Below, piece after piece: positions 16,155 through 25,768 of a DNA stretch of 41,694 bases (position 1 is its first letter; each line of letters opens with the position of its first letter). The stretch covers positions 1-41,694 of the forward strand of contig JAHEYW010000005.1 of the NCBI GenBank assembly GCA_023251395.1. Direction: 5' to 3'. A program made the translations under genes and the position numbers. The DNA is from Bacteroidales bacterium. GTDB taxonomy: Bacteria > Bacteroidota > Bacteroidia > Bacteroidales > VadinHA17. Under the pieces are notes generated by a model. It saw only the letters and a program-made list of their open reading frames with translations, had not been told where the DNA came from and did not search any database.

Positions 16155-18599
16155 ATGTCATTAAAGCAATTCACAGCCCCTTTTTTCTTACTCATCTGCC
16201 TGAATATTTCCTCATATGCTCAGGGATACATAAAAGGGACGGTGATTGCAAAGGAGACAAAAATACCTGTTGCTTTCGCCTCAGTTGCCTACCAGAAACA
16301 ATCTGTCCAGCAGGGAATGATAACAGACTCCCGTGGCGAATTTAAAATTAATGACACCTCGATCAGGAAGCTGTTTGTCTCATGCATCGGTTATGAAAGA
16401 AAAACAGTAATTATTGAGCCCGGGACTAATCTGAAAAATATCATCATTGAGCTCAAAACTGATACCCTGAATATCGGTGAGATAGTTGTTACTCCGGCAA
16501 ATAATCCTGCAATAAGGATCATCCGGAATGTTCTGAAAAACAAGGAGGTGAATAACTTTGAGAATTACGTAAGATACAGATACCAGTGCTATTTTAAGAC
16601 AGTCCTCAATCTGAAAATTTCTTACAATCCTGATGCTGCTGACAGTACAAAGCAAGAAAATAAAAAGTTCAGTGATGACCAGGCCAGGTTTATATCTGAA
16701 TCGGTAGCAATGTGTTCAAGACTCAATAACCGCACAGACAATAAAATAATTGCTGTAAAAACCTCAGGGTTTGAAAACCCGTTCCTCGGACAATATTTCT
16801 TCACTGCATTCCATAATTCAATATCGTTCTATAATGACAATATCTCGCTTCTGGCTATTCAATCCTCTTCGGACATGACCAATTCAGAATATCTGAGTCC
16901 GGTTTCAAATGAGTGTCTCAGGAGCTACAACTATCACCTCGAGGAAACCTGGGATAATCAGGCAGATACAACTTATGTAATTGAATTTCACCCGAAAAAA
17001 GATTCTCACTTTAACAGCCTGAAAGGGAAAATCTATATCAGTTCAAATGGATATGCCATAAAGAATATTATTGTCGAACCATTTGAGAAAGGGATGATCG
17101 ACTTTAAATTCAGACAGGATTACGAATTTGTGACCGGTAAATGGTTTCCTTCCAGACTGGACGAGGAGATTGCATTTGTTTCAGTAAAGATAAACAAGAA
17201 GATAAATGCATATCCTGTTTATCTGGTCACTTCAAAAATATCCAATGTAGATCTTAACCCCTCAATAAGTGGCGATTCAATAAAAATTGATAAGGTCTAT
17301 CTCGACGAAACATACCGACTGAACAGCGATTCAATTCTGAAAAGCGCTCGACCGGATTCTCTTACCCCTGGCGAAAAAAGAACTTATGAACTCATGGGAA
17401 GGATGGGGAAAAAATACAAATTTGATTATTTCGCTGACCTCTATCCGGGCCTGATCGCCGGAAAAATTCCTGTTAAATTCATTGATATTGACCTTTTCAG
17501 GCTCTTTTATAACAATGCTTATGAAGGAACCAGACTGGGGCTGGGACTTAGCACAAATGACAAATTTTCAAAACTCATTTCTGCAGGAGGCTTTGCCGGG
17601 TATGGAATGAAAGATGAGAAGCTGAAGTATGGCGGACATTTCGATCTGATAATCAATAAGGAAAAAGATGCTTACCTGAGGTTCTCGTATCAGAACAATT
17701 TGAAGGAGCCGGGGCTGGACATGAATGAAAATTATTCATTATTCTCAAACAATGACTATTTGAGAAATTATATTGCCTCAAGAATGGATAATATAATTGA
17801 AGAAAAAGCAGAGATCAATTTTCGTTTCTTCCGTCATTTAAGGTTCTCGGCAGCAATCAGTACAAAAGAGATCAGACCGACATATAAGTTAAGCTACGGA
17901 GGAATGCCAATTGCAAAATACCTGGCCGATGATATTCAACTATCTGCAAAGTATTCCTGGGGTGAGGAGATGACAACATTCGGCGATCAGAGATTAATTA
18001 CCTATGCAGGAAATCCGGTCATCAGCTTAAAGTACAAAAGAGGAATTGATCAGTTCCACAAGGGAAGCAGTATCTATAACCGGATAGAGGCAACAATAGA
18101 TGTCAGTGCTTATAAAGGGAAGCTTGGGCAGTCGAATATAAGGCTGGCTGGAGGATACATTGATAAGACGCTGCCTTACGGGTTATTGTTCACCGGGGAA
18201 GGAAGCAGGAGCAATACACCTCTCGTCATAAATAATACCTTTCAAACCATGAATCCCTACGAATTCCTGTCTGACAGGTATGTCAATGTATTTTTTAGCC
18301 ACAATTTCGGATCGTTACTATTTGAAAGACCCAGGTTCAAGCCGAAATTTGTTATTGCACATAACACAGGATGGGGAACATTACAGAATAGATCGCCCAT
18401 TGGTGTTGATTTCAAAGTGAAGGATAAAATATACCTTGAATCGGGACTGATGATAAATAATCTCATCTCGTTCAAGATCATAAACCTGTATCGCATAGGT
18501 TTCGGTGCAGGCGCCTTTTACCGATATGGCTACTACACCAATACAAAGGCTATCGATAATTTTGCCCTGAAACTATCTGTTCTGTTAAGTAATAAATAA
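16155..18599 (+). CDS. DUF5686-type protein with an N-terminal carboxypeptidase-regulatory-like domain
   Basis: Signal peptide, then GYIKGTVIAKETKIPVAFASVAY...TDSRGEFKI (CarboxypepD_reg-like), then PANNPAIRIIRNVLKNK. The ~800 aa length is typical of this Bacteroidota family. Confidence 0.7.
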   Translation: MSLKQFTAPFFLLICLNISSYAQGYIKGTVIAKETKIPVAFASVAYQKQSVQQGMITDSRGEFKINDTSIRKLFVSCIGYERKTVIIEPGTNLKNIIIELKTDTLNIGEIVVTPANNPAIRIIRNVLKNKEVNNFENYVRYRYQCYFKTVLNLKISYNPDAADSTKQENKKFSDDQARFISESVAMCSRLNNRTDNKIIAVKTSGFENPFLGQYFFTAFHNSISFYNDNISLLAIQSSSDMTNSEYLSPVSNECLRSYNYHLEETWDNQADTTYVIEFHPKKDSHFNSLKGKIYISSNGYAIKNIIVEPFEKGMIDFKFRQDYEFVTGKWFPSRLDEEIAFVSVKINKKINAYPVYLVTSKISNVDLNPSISGDSIKIDKVYLDETYRLNSDSILKSARPDSLTPGEKRTYELMGRMGKKYKFDYFADLYPGLIAGKIPVKFIDIDLFRLFYNNAYEGTRLGLGLSTNDKFSKLISAGGFAGYGMKDEKLKYGGHFDLIINKEKDAYLRFSYQNNLKEPGLDMNENYSLFSNNDYLRNYIASRMDNIIEEKAEINFRFFRHLRFSAAISTKEIRPTYKLSYGGMPIAKYLADDIQLSAKYSWGEEMTTFGDQRLITYAGNPVISLKYKRGIDQFHKGSSIYNRIEATIDVSAYKGKLGQSNIRLAGGYIDKTLPYGLLFTGEGSRSNTPLVINNTFQTMNPYEFLSDRYVNVFFSHNFGSLLFERPRFKPKFVIAHNTGWGTLQNRSPIGVDFKVKDKIYLESGLMINNLISFKIINLYRIGFGAGAFYRYGYYTNTKAIDNFALKLSVLLSNK

Positions 18600-18703
18600 A
18601 TTGTTCCGGGAAGCAGCCTTAAAAGTAAAAGCAGTTTTCCATCGTTAAATTTGTCTGAGGAAATTATCTTACTATTTTTGATAAAATAATCACATTGTAT
18701 AAA

Positions 18704-19909
18704 ATGAAAGCAAAAATCTGCCTTTCAGTACTTCTGCTTATCCTGATTGTGACCATAAATTCGGTTGCGCAGGAAATACCTCTAGTCTATAGTGTCGAAA
18801 ATACCGGTTCAAAATGTGCAAAACCGGCGTTACCAGCTTTCAACAACCTTCCTGTCATAACACAATTGCCTGATCCGTTTAAGTGGGCAAATGGCAGTGG
18901 CCGTATTTCCGGTTTTAAAGATTGGAGCTGCAGGCGTTCTGAAATAAGCGCTCAGATACAACATTATGAGATAGGGACAAAACCAGCCCCTCCCTCTAAT
19001 CTTAAAGCGAGCCTTTCAGATAAAGGAATACTTACAGTCATTATTGTAGAGCACAACGATACTCTCAGATTAACATCAAAGATCACCCTTCCACAGGGTA
19101 ACGGACCCTTCCCTGCAGTCATTGGCGTAGGCGGCGGTTCAGGCAGTCTTCCGGCCGACATTTTTTCAACCCGCGGAATTGCTACCGTTCAGTTTAATTT
19201 TGCCGAGGTTATGGCTTGGAAGCCGGTACGTGGTAAAGAGCCGTTCAACAGGCTGTATCCCGATTCAACTGTAGGCAGCTTTGTAGCATGGGCCTGGGGT
19301 GTCAGCAGAATAATTGACGGACTGGAAAAGGTACCTGAGGCAAAGATTGATGTGAAGCATCTTGCAGTTACCGGTTGCTCTTTTGCAGGTAAAATTGCCC
19401 TTTATTCCGGGGCATTCGATGAGCGTATTGCACTTACAATAGCTCAGGAGTCGGGAGGTGGTGGTGCTGCTGCATGGAGAGTTACTGATAAACTTGAAGG
19501 TAAGCGTGAAACTTTAAAAAATGCCCAGGGTGTTCCCTGGTATGGAAAGGACCTCACTCTTTTTAACAACGCCGTCACAAAACTTCCTTATGATCATCAT
19601 GAACTGATGGCAATGGTTGCTCCACGTGCCCTGTTCCTGCTCGGTAACCCCGATTATGAATGGCTGGCCGACGAGTAGGGTTATGTCTCATGCATGGCCG
19701 CACAGGAGGTATGGAAATCATTCGGGATTGCAGACAGATTCGGATTCTCTATTGTAGGTGGTCATGGCCATTGCCAGCTGCCGGCAATCCAGAAACCGGA
19801 AGTAAGTGCTTTTGTTGAAAAATTCCTTCTCGGTAATAAATCGATCGATACAAAAATCGCAACGACACCATATAAATCTGACCTTACGCCCTGGATAACC
19901 TGGAAATAA
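18704..19909 (+). pseudogene. CE15 glucuronoyl esterase interrupted by one in-frame TAG (19676-19678)
   Basis: Signal peptide. The G-C-S-x-x-G-K nucleophile motif (TGCSFAGKIA) and QESGGGGAAAWR lie upstream of the stop. The His motif VGGHGHCQ lies downstream in the same frame (ORFs 18695-19678 and 19694-19909 share a frame). Confidence 0.8.
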
Positions 19910-19947
19910 TCTCACTGAAGACCGGAAAATAATTTAATCAGACAACC

Positions 19948-21618
19948 ATGAAAAGTCCATTAAATAAATTATTGCTTCTTGGAACGATTTCGCTTTTCAT
20001 CTTTTCCTGCTCTGTTAAAGAGGGACAAAAACCAGCTCAGACTTTTCAGAAGTCAAGTGTTCAGATACCTCATCTTGAAAAAAAGGGAACTGCCACTCAA
20101 CTGATCGTTGACGATAAGCCCTACATAATACTGGGAGGGGAGCTTGGTAATTCCTCCTTCACCTCACTGGAATACATGGCGCCAGCGTGGACAAATCTAA
20201 AAGCCATGAATCTCAACACCATACTGGCTCCTTTTTATTGGGAGCTGATAGAGCCGGCTGAAGGCAAATTTGATTTTTCATTATATGATCAGCTGATCCA
20301 GGAGGCCCGGAAAAATGATTTTAGGATTGTCATATTATGGTTTGGCTCATGGAAAAACAGTATGTCGAGCCATGCACCATCCTGGGTAAAGAAAAACCAG
20401 CAAAGGTTTCCGAGAGTGAAGGATGACAAAGACAAGAGCCAGGAGATATTAACTCCTTTCAGTGAAGAAAACCTGAAAGCTGATATGAAAGCCTACCAGG
20501 CACTTATGCAACATCTTAAGGAAACCGACATAAACCATACTGTAATAATGATCCAGACTGAAAATGAGATCGGCATGCTGCCAACTGCAAAGGATCACAG
20601 TACACTCGCAAATCAGAAATTCGTGGAGAATGTCCCGCCGGAATTCATTGAGTATCTGAAAAAGAATAAAGAGGATCTGGTACCTGAGTTCAAAGAAAAG
20701 TGGGCTGCAAAGGGATTTAAGGAATCCGGAAACTGGGAGGAGATCTTCGGAAAAAGTGTATCAACTGATGAGATATTCATGGCATGGTATTATGCAAAGT
20801 TTACCGATCAGATTGTTAAAGCCGGAAAGGATATCTACCCACTTCCGATGTACGTTAATGCAGCCCTGAACAGGCCGGGAAGAAAACCAGGTGAGGGTTA
20901 TCCGAGTGCGGGCCCTCTTCCACACATTATGGATGTCTGGATCGCTGCCGGACCATCAATAGATTTCCTTGCTCCTGATATCTATTTCCCGAATATCGAA
21001 TACTGGTGTGATCTCTATACACGAAGACATAATCCGCTCTTCATACCGGAAGCTGGATCTGACCCTTCAGCTGCTGCAAAGGCCCTGTTTACAATCGGAC
21101 ATTATGAAAGCATTGGATACTCACCATTTTCAATTGAATCAAAACAGAATGCTGCGGAAGACGACCTTGGAAAAGCATATAAGCTGGTCTCACTGTTATC
21201 ACCCATAATTAGCAGCCATATTGGTAAAAAAGAGATAGATGGGGTTTTGCTTGAAGATCCTAAACAGGAACGGAAGCTCATCTTCGGAAAATATGAGTTC
21301 ACAGTCAGGCACAGCTATACCCTTGGTTATGAACCTCTGTCAAAAGAAAAGGTATGGGTAGCCGGTGGTGCAATAATAGTTCAGACAGGAGCAGATGAAT
21401 TTTATATTGCTGGTTCGGGAGTGGTGATTACATTTAAAAATCTGAAGGAACCCGAAAAGATTGTTGGGATACTGAAGACCGATGAAGGCAGGTTTGATAA
21501 TGATCAGTGGAAGGTAATCCGCCACCTTAACGGCGATCAGATCCACCAGGGCCGCCATGTGAGGATATTTAAGAATGAGTTTTCTATTCTGAGGTTTGAG
21601 TTGTATAATTATAATTGA
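19948..21618 (+). CDS. Clan GH-A TIM-barrel glycoside hydrolase (GH35/GH42-like beta-galactosidase fold with a DUF5597-type C-terminal domain)
   Basis: Lipoprotein-like leader (LFIFSCS). YWELIEPAEGKFDF and IQTENEIG (NE acid/base motif) are typical of clan GH-A beta-galactosidase-like enzymes. Confidence 0.65.
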   Translation: MKSPLNKLLLLGTISLFIFSCSVKEGQKPAQTFQKSSVQIPHLEKKGTATQLIVDDKPYIILGGELGNSSFTSLEYMAPAWTNLKAMNLNTILAPFYWELIEPAEGKFDFSLYDQLIQEARKNDFRIVILWFGSWKNSMSSHAPSWVKKNQQRFPRVKDDKDKSQEILTPFSEENLKADMKAYQALMQHLKETDINHTVIMIQTENEIGMLPTAKDHSTLANQKFVENVPPEFIEYLKKNKEDLVPEFKEKWAAKGFKESGNWEEIFGKSVSTDEIFMAWYYAKFTDQIVKAGKDIYPLPMYVNAALNRPGRKPGEGYPSAGPLPHIMDVWIAAGPSIDFLAPDIYFPNIEYWCDLYTRRHNPLFIPEAGSDPSAAAKALFTIGHYESIGYSPFSIESKQNAAEDDLGKAYKLVSLLSPIISSHIGKKEIDGVLLEDPKQERKLIFGKYEFTVRHSYTLGYEPLSKEKVWVAGGAIIVQTGADEFYIAGSGVVITFKNLKEPEKIVGILKTDEGRFDNDQWKVIRHLNGDQIHQGRHVRIFKNEFSILRFELYNYN

Positions 21619-21632
21619 CTCCTGCTGGCTGA

Positions 21633-21712
21633 GCACCTCCCAGCTTCCCAAAATGCCTGCCTGTCGCAGGCCACCGGATGGTGGATCGGGAGGGGTTGGC
21701 AGGCTGGAGGTA
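21633..21712 (+). other. GC-rich element with nested helices; candidate structured RNA, function unknown
   Basis: ACCTCCCAGC (21635-44) pairs with GCTGGAGGT (21703-11). CCTGCC (21656-61) pairs with GGCAGG (21698-703). There is also a CCACC-GGAT-GGTGG hairpin (21671-84). The element sits in an otherwise AT-rich spacer. Confidence 0.3.
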
Positions 21713-21814
21713 AAGGGCTGGACGTATTGCCACTCGTTATTTCTATACTATCTTGCCATCATGCTGGTGACTGACATCAAAAAAGATTATGTTTGTGATT
21801 GAAAAAATCACGTA

Positions 21815-22669
21815 TTGAATAATCCGGAAATACATACCTATAAGAAGTACGTAAATGTTGCCGAAGTACTTAGAAAAAGTGATTCGAAAATAATCAGGCA
21901 TCTCCCTCATTTTATTATAAAACTAATTGAAAAACTCATCTGGCAGGAGCAGATGAACTATGTGATAAACAAATACATCGACAATATCGGTGTTAGTTTT
22001 CAACCCCAGGTTATTAAGGAATTCAATCTGACTCTTGACGTCACTGGTGTTGAGAACCTTCCAGATAAATCACGTTGCTTTTTTGTTTCCAACCACCCTT
22101 TCGGGATAATTGACGGACTTATCCTTACCTATTATGTCGGACAGAAATACGGTGATCTTAAAGCAATAGGCAACGACGCGTTCCTGTTCGTACCTAATCT
22201 TCGACCACTTATCGCTGCAGTAAATGTATATGGCCGCAGTTCAAAAGAATATGTTCTGGCCCTGGAGGAAGTTTATAACTCCGATGTGGCAATCACACAT
22301 TTCCCCGCCGGGGAGGTATCGAGAATATACAACGGGAAAGTACAGGATCTTCCCTGGCAAAAGAGTTTTATTGCCAAAGCTGTCTGTTCTAAACGAGATG
22401 TAGTTCCATTCTACTTCGATGGGAAAAATTCTCGTCTATTCTATTTCATATACAGGTTCAGAAGATCACTCGGACTGAAAGTAAATCTTGAACTATCCCT
22501 GCTCCCGCGCGAAATGTTCAAGAAAAGAAATAAAGCAATCCGTATCGTTATTGGAAAACCTATTCCCTGGCAGAGATTCGATAATTCAATGACACATAAT
22601 GAGTGGGCCCAGAAGGTTCGGGAACACGTTTACAAAATGGGACAATCAAAAGAGGAAATAACTTTTTAA
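21815..22669 (+). CDS. PlsC-like (lysophospholipid/aminolipid O-acyltransferase-type) acyltransferase
   Basis: NHPFGIIDGL is an H-x4-D acyltransferase motif. FPAGEVSR is a second block typical of the family. TTG start. Confidence 0.65.
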   Translation: MNNPEIHTYKKYVNVAEVLRKSDSKIIRHLPHFIIKLIEKLIWQEQMNYVINKYIDNIGVSFQPQVIKEFNLTLDVTGVENLPDKSRCFFVSNHPFGIIDGLILTYYVGQKYGDLKAIGNDAFLFVPNLRPLIAAVNVYGRSSKEYVLALEEVYNSDVAITHFPAGEVSRIYNGKVQDLPWQKSFIAKAVCSKRDVVPFYFDGKNSRLFYFIYRFRRSLGLKVNLELSLLPREMFKKRNKAIRIVIGKPIPWQRFDNSMTHNEWAQKVREHVYKMGQSKEEITF

Positions 22670-22680
22670 AAGAAGAAGGC

Positions 22681-23454
22681 ATGATTACAGCTTTAAGGGA
22701 ATGGATGTTCAGAGCGTGGTACTGGTATGTAAATCATATCGACAAAAATGCTGAAGTTCTTTTTATGAACTTCGGCTATTCAAATCCTGATATGAAGGTA
22801 AAACTAGATCCGAAGGACGAATCGAGCAGACACTCCGTTCAACTTTACAATCTTCTTGGCAGCGCTACTGAATTAAAAAATAAGGACATAGTTGAGATCG
22901 GCTGCGGACGTGGAGGCGGATTATCATATATTGTTCGAACCTTCTCTCCCGCTACAGCTCTGGGAGTTGACCTTGATAAACATGCAGTGAAATTCTGTAA
23001 TAAACATTACAGTATTAAAGGCTTATCCTTTGCTAACGGAGATGCACAGGATCTTTCCTTTTTGAAAGATAATTCCTTTGATGCTCTGCTCAACCTCGAA
23101 TCTTCGCACCGGTATCCGAAGATGGATCTGTTCCTGAAAGAGGTACACCGGCTGCTTCGGCCGGGGGGTTATTTTTTGTATACCGATTTCCGTTACGACT
23201 GGGAAATGCCGGAACTGAAGAAGCAGCTCGAGGCTACAGGTATGACCATACTGAAGGAAGTGATGATCACGGATAATGTAGTGAAGGCTCTCGAAGCTGA
23301 TGATCCTCATAAACGTCTCCTTGTGAAAAAGCTGGCACCCAGATTTCTTCATAAGGTCGCACTTAATTTTGCAGGGGTTATCGGTTCGGAGACTTATAAT
23401 CAGTTTTCAACTCATAAATACGAATATTACCATTTTGTTTTGCAGAAGAATTAA
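22681..23454 (+). CDS. Class I SAM-dependent methyltransferase
   Basis: VEIGCGRGGG (motif I), DALLNLESSHRY and LLRPGGYFLYTDF. I take the start at the internal ATG 22681, just after the upstream stop. Confidence 0.8.
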   Translation: MITALREWMFRAWYWYVNHIDKNAEVLFMNFGYSNPDMKVKLDPKDESSRHSVQLYNLLGSATELKNKDIVEIGCGRGGGLSYIVRTFSPATALGVDLDKHAVKFCNKHYSIKGLSFANGDAQDLSFLKDNSFDALLNLESSHRYPKMDLFLKEVHRLLRPGGYFLYTDFRYDWEMPELKKQLEATGMTILKEVMITDNVVKALEADDPHKRLLVKKLAPRFLHKVALNFAGVIGSETYNQFSTHKYEYYHFVLQKN

Positions 23455-23535
23455 GATCAGTTTGCAGAACTTAGCGCCTTCATTTTCTTATTGAAATGAA
23501 ATAAGAAAATTATTCTTTACGTAAACAATAATACT

Positions 23536-25035
23536 ATGCCGGATAAGAAAAGAATTATTATTATCGGTGCAGGTGTTGCAGGGATGTCGGCAGGGTGCTA
23601 CGGCCAGATGAATGGCTATGATACTGAAATTTATGAGATGAATAATATCCCGGGAGGTCTGTGTACGGGATGGAAAAGACTGGATTATATTATTGATGGC
23701 TGTTTCGAATGGATGATAGGGATAAGTCCCGACAGTGTATTCAATAAACAATGGCTGGAAGTGGGAGCTCTCCAGAACAAAGAGATCATGGTTCATAAAG
23801 AATTCTGCCGTTGTGAGTTTTCTGATGGGAAAAAGATTATAATATATGCAGATGCCGATAAATTAGAATCTCACCTTATTAATATTGCTCCGGAAGATGC
23901 CGGTTCTATTACTGAGATCACAACTGCCATAAAGAAATTGGCAGGTGCATTTGGGGGCACTATGACAAGGAAACCTCAATCAGGGCTTACAGGATTAATC
24001 AGAACGGGTATCAGGTTCTTCCCGTTAATCAGATACTTTAGAAAATACGGGAAAATATCGATACGTGAATATGCCCGTAAGAACATTAAAAATACTGATC
24101 TTAGGGAAGCTTTTAACCATATATTCCTGGCTGATTATTCCATGGCAATTCTGCTATTCAATCTGGCATGTTATGCGAATAAAGACGCTGGATTGCCCAT
24201 GGGCGGATCATTAGGAGTAGTAAATTCAATGGCAACCCGTTATGAAAACCTTGGAGGCAGGATCAATTACAAGTCAATTGTAAACAGAATTGAATCGAAA
24301 AAAGAGCGAGCAACCGGCATTAAGCTTGAGGATGGAAGAATAATATCAGGTGACATAGTAATTTCTGCTGTTGATGGTCATCATACACTCTTTGATCTGC
24401 TAAAGGGTAAATACCTGACAAAAAAAATATCGAAATGTTATTCGGGTGATTATCCAACATTTACAACCGTGCAGGTTTCATTGGGGGTGAATGCTGATCT
24501 TTCTGATGAGGCACAGTGGATACATATGAAGTTAGATAAGCCTGTAGTTCTGGCCGGACAGGAGCTAAGCTTCATTTCGTTCAATAATTACTGCCACGAC
24601 AAAACCATGGCACCTGAAGGAAAATCTGTCATTGCATCACATATTTTCACTAAGTTTGAATATTGGGAGAAGTTTGACAGGAAAAGTCATGAGTACAGTG
24701 AAGAAAAAAGGAAACTGGCGGAAGAGGTTATTAAAAGTGCGGAGAAACGTTTCCCTTCCATTAAAGGAAAAATTGAAGTCATTGATGTGGCAACACCTTT
24801 AACTTATCAAAGGTATACGAATGTCTGGAGGGGTGCATATATGACATGGATAATAACTCCCGGCAGCAAAATTTTGTCAAAAATACCAAACAAATTACCC
24901 GGATTACGGAATTTCTATATGATAGGTCAGTGGGTCTCATCGCCCGGGACACCAGGAGCGCTTAAGACAGGAAGAAAAGTAATACAGGATATCTGTAAAA
25001 TGGACGAGAAGCAATTTCAAACCTCAATACCTTAA
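23536..25035 (+). CDS. Phytoene-desaturase-family (CrtI/CrtD-like) FAD-dependent oxidoreductase
   Basis: N-terminal IIIIGAGVAGMSAG...YEMNNIPGG dinucleotide-binding motif. The ~500 aa length is typical of the CrtI family. Confidence 0.8.
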   Translation: MPDKKRIIIIGAGVAGMSAGCYGQMNGYDTEIYEMNNIPGGLCTGWKRLDYIIDGCFEWMIGISPDSVFNKQWLEVGALQNKEIMVHKEFCRCEFSDGKKIIIYADADKLESHLINIAPEDAGSITEITTAIKKLAGAFGGTMTRKPQSGLTGLIRTGIRFFPLIRYFRKYGKISIREYARKNIKNTDLREAFNHIFLADYSMAILLFNLACYANKDAGLPMGGSLGVVNSMATRYENLGGRINYKSIVNRIESKKERATGIKLEDGRIISGDIVISAVDGHHTLFDLLKGKYLTKKISKCYSGDYPTFTTVQVSLGVNADLSDEAQWIHMKLDKPVVLAGQELSFISFNNYCHDKTMAPEGKSVIASHIFTKFEYWEKFDRKSHEYSEEKRKLAEEVIKSAEKRFPSIKGKIEVIDVATPLTYQRYTNVWRGAYMTWIITPGSKILSKIPNKLPGLRNFYMIGQWVSSPGTPGALKTGRKVIQDICKMDEKQFQTSIP

Positions 25036-25039
25036 AAAA

Positions 25040-25255
25040 ATGGCACAACAAATTCATTCAATGATGGTCTGGCTGCTCCCTGTAATAATTATACTTGGAA
25101 TCTGGGATGCAGTATGGAAAGGAATCGGCTTGTGGAAAGCTGGACGAAACAATCATCTGGCCTGGTTTGTCTGCATTTTCATATTTAATACCCTGGGAAT
25201 TCTGCCGATCATCTACATTCTTCTGCACAAGGAAACGACTGCCCGTGCAGAATAA
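25040..25255 (+). CDS. DUF5652-like small two-TM membrane protein
   Basis: WDAVWKGIGLWKAGRNNHLAWFVCIFIFNTLGILPIIYIL matches my memory of DUF5652. It starts 5 nt after the oxidoreductase stop. Confidence 0.55.
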   Translation: MAQQIHSMMVWLLPVIIILGIWDAVWKGIGLWKAGRNNHLAWFVCIFIFNTLGILPIIYILLHKETTARAE

Positions 25256-25372
25256 ATAACTAATCTGGAAGATAATTGTCCTATTTGTCTTTCATCTGAT
25301 GTTTTGTAAGAAATGTCAGGAAGGAATCCCTTACATCCAATCGGGATTAAGGATGTGAATCTACCAGAAATT

Positions 25373-25768
25373 TTAAAGAGTGGTGAAGACTAATTCGTTA
25401 CCATATGCTGTTCCATATGAATTTGTTCCATAAGCCCTGACATAATATTTGGTTTTTGATGTCAACCCTGTCAGGCTGCCAGCAAAATATCCAGTCCCCG
25501 TTCCAACTGAAATTACATTATTTGATATGGTCGGGCTGCTTGAAGTATTCCAGCAAACGCCTCGTGCAGTCACTGATGCACCACCTTCACTGGTTAAATT
25601 TCCAACTACAATTGCAGTTGTTGAAGTTATTTCAGAAACGGAAACTGTTGAAACCGATGGTGTATGATACGTAACTTCCGATTCGCCATCTTTTCGACAT
25701 CCTGTGCTTATGACTGATAATAAAATCAGACTTATCAAATATATCCAAAGCGATTTTTCTTTTTTCAT
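25373..25768 (-). CDS. Small lipoprotein with an Fn3/Ig-like beta-sandwich domain
   Basis: Lipobox (VISTGC). Then VSEITSTTAIVVGNLTSEGGASVTARGVCWNTSSSPT...YYVRAYGTNSYGTAYG, a repeat domain common in Bacteroidota surface proteins. Confidence 0.5.
   Translation of the reverse strand: MKKEKSLWIYLISLILLSVISTGCRKDGESEVTYHTPSVSTVSVSEITSTTAIVVGNLTSEGGASVTARGVCWNTSSSPTISNNVISVGTGTGYFAGSLTGLTSKTKYYVRAYGTNSYGTAYGNELVFTTL

Noticed and set aside
277-19678. Stop-codon reassignment (TAG or TAA read as sense) as the explanation for the three in-frame stops
   Set aside because: TAA, TAG and TGA all end well-defined genes at the expected C-termini in this window (for example TAG at 4043-4045, TAA at 2905-2907, TGA at 1514-1516). 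A genome-wide recoding is therefore not supported. Point mutation, sequence error or low-level readthrough are more likely.
21596-21802. 68-aa ORF spanning the GC-rich element
   Set aside because: It gives an implausible Gly/Arg/Pro/Cys-rich translation with no start context. The open frame is a by-product of the GC-rich hairpin sequence.
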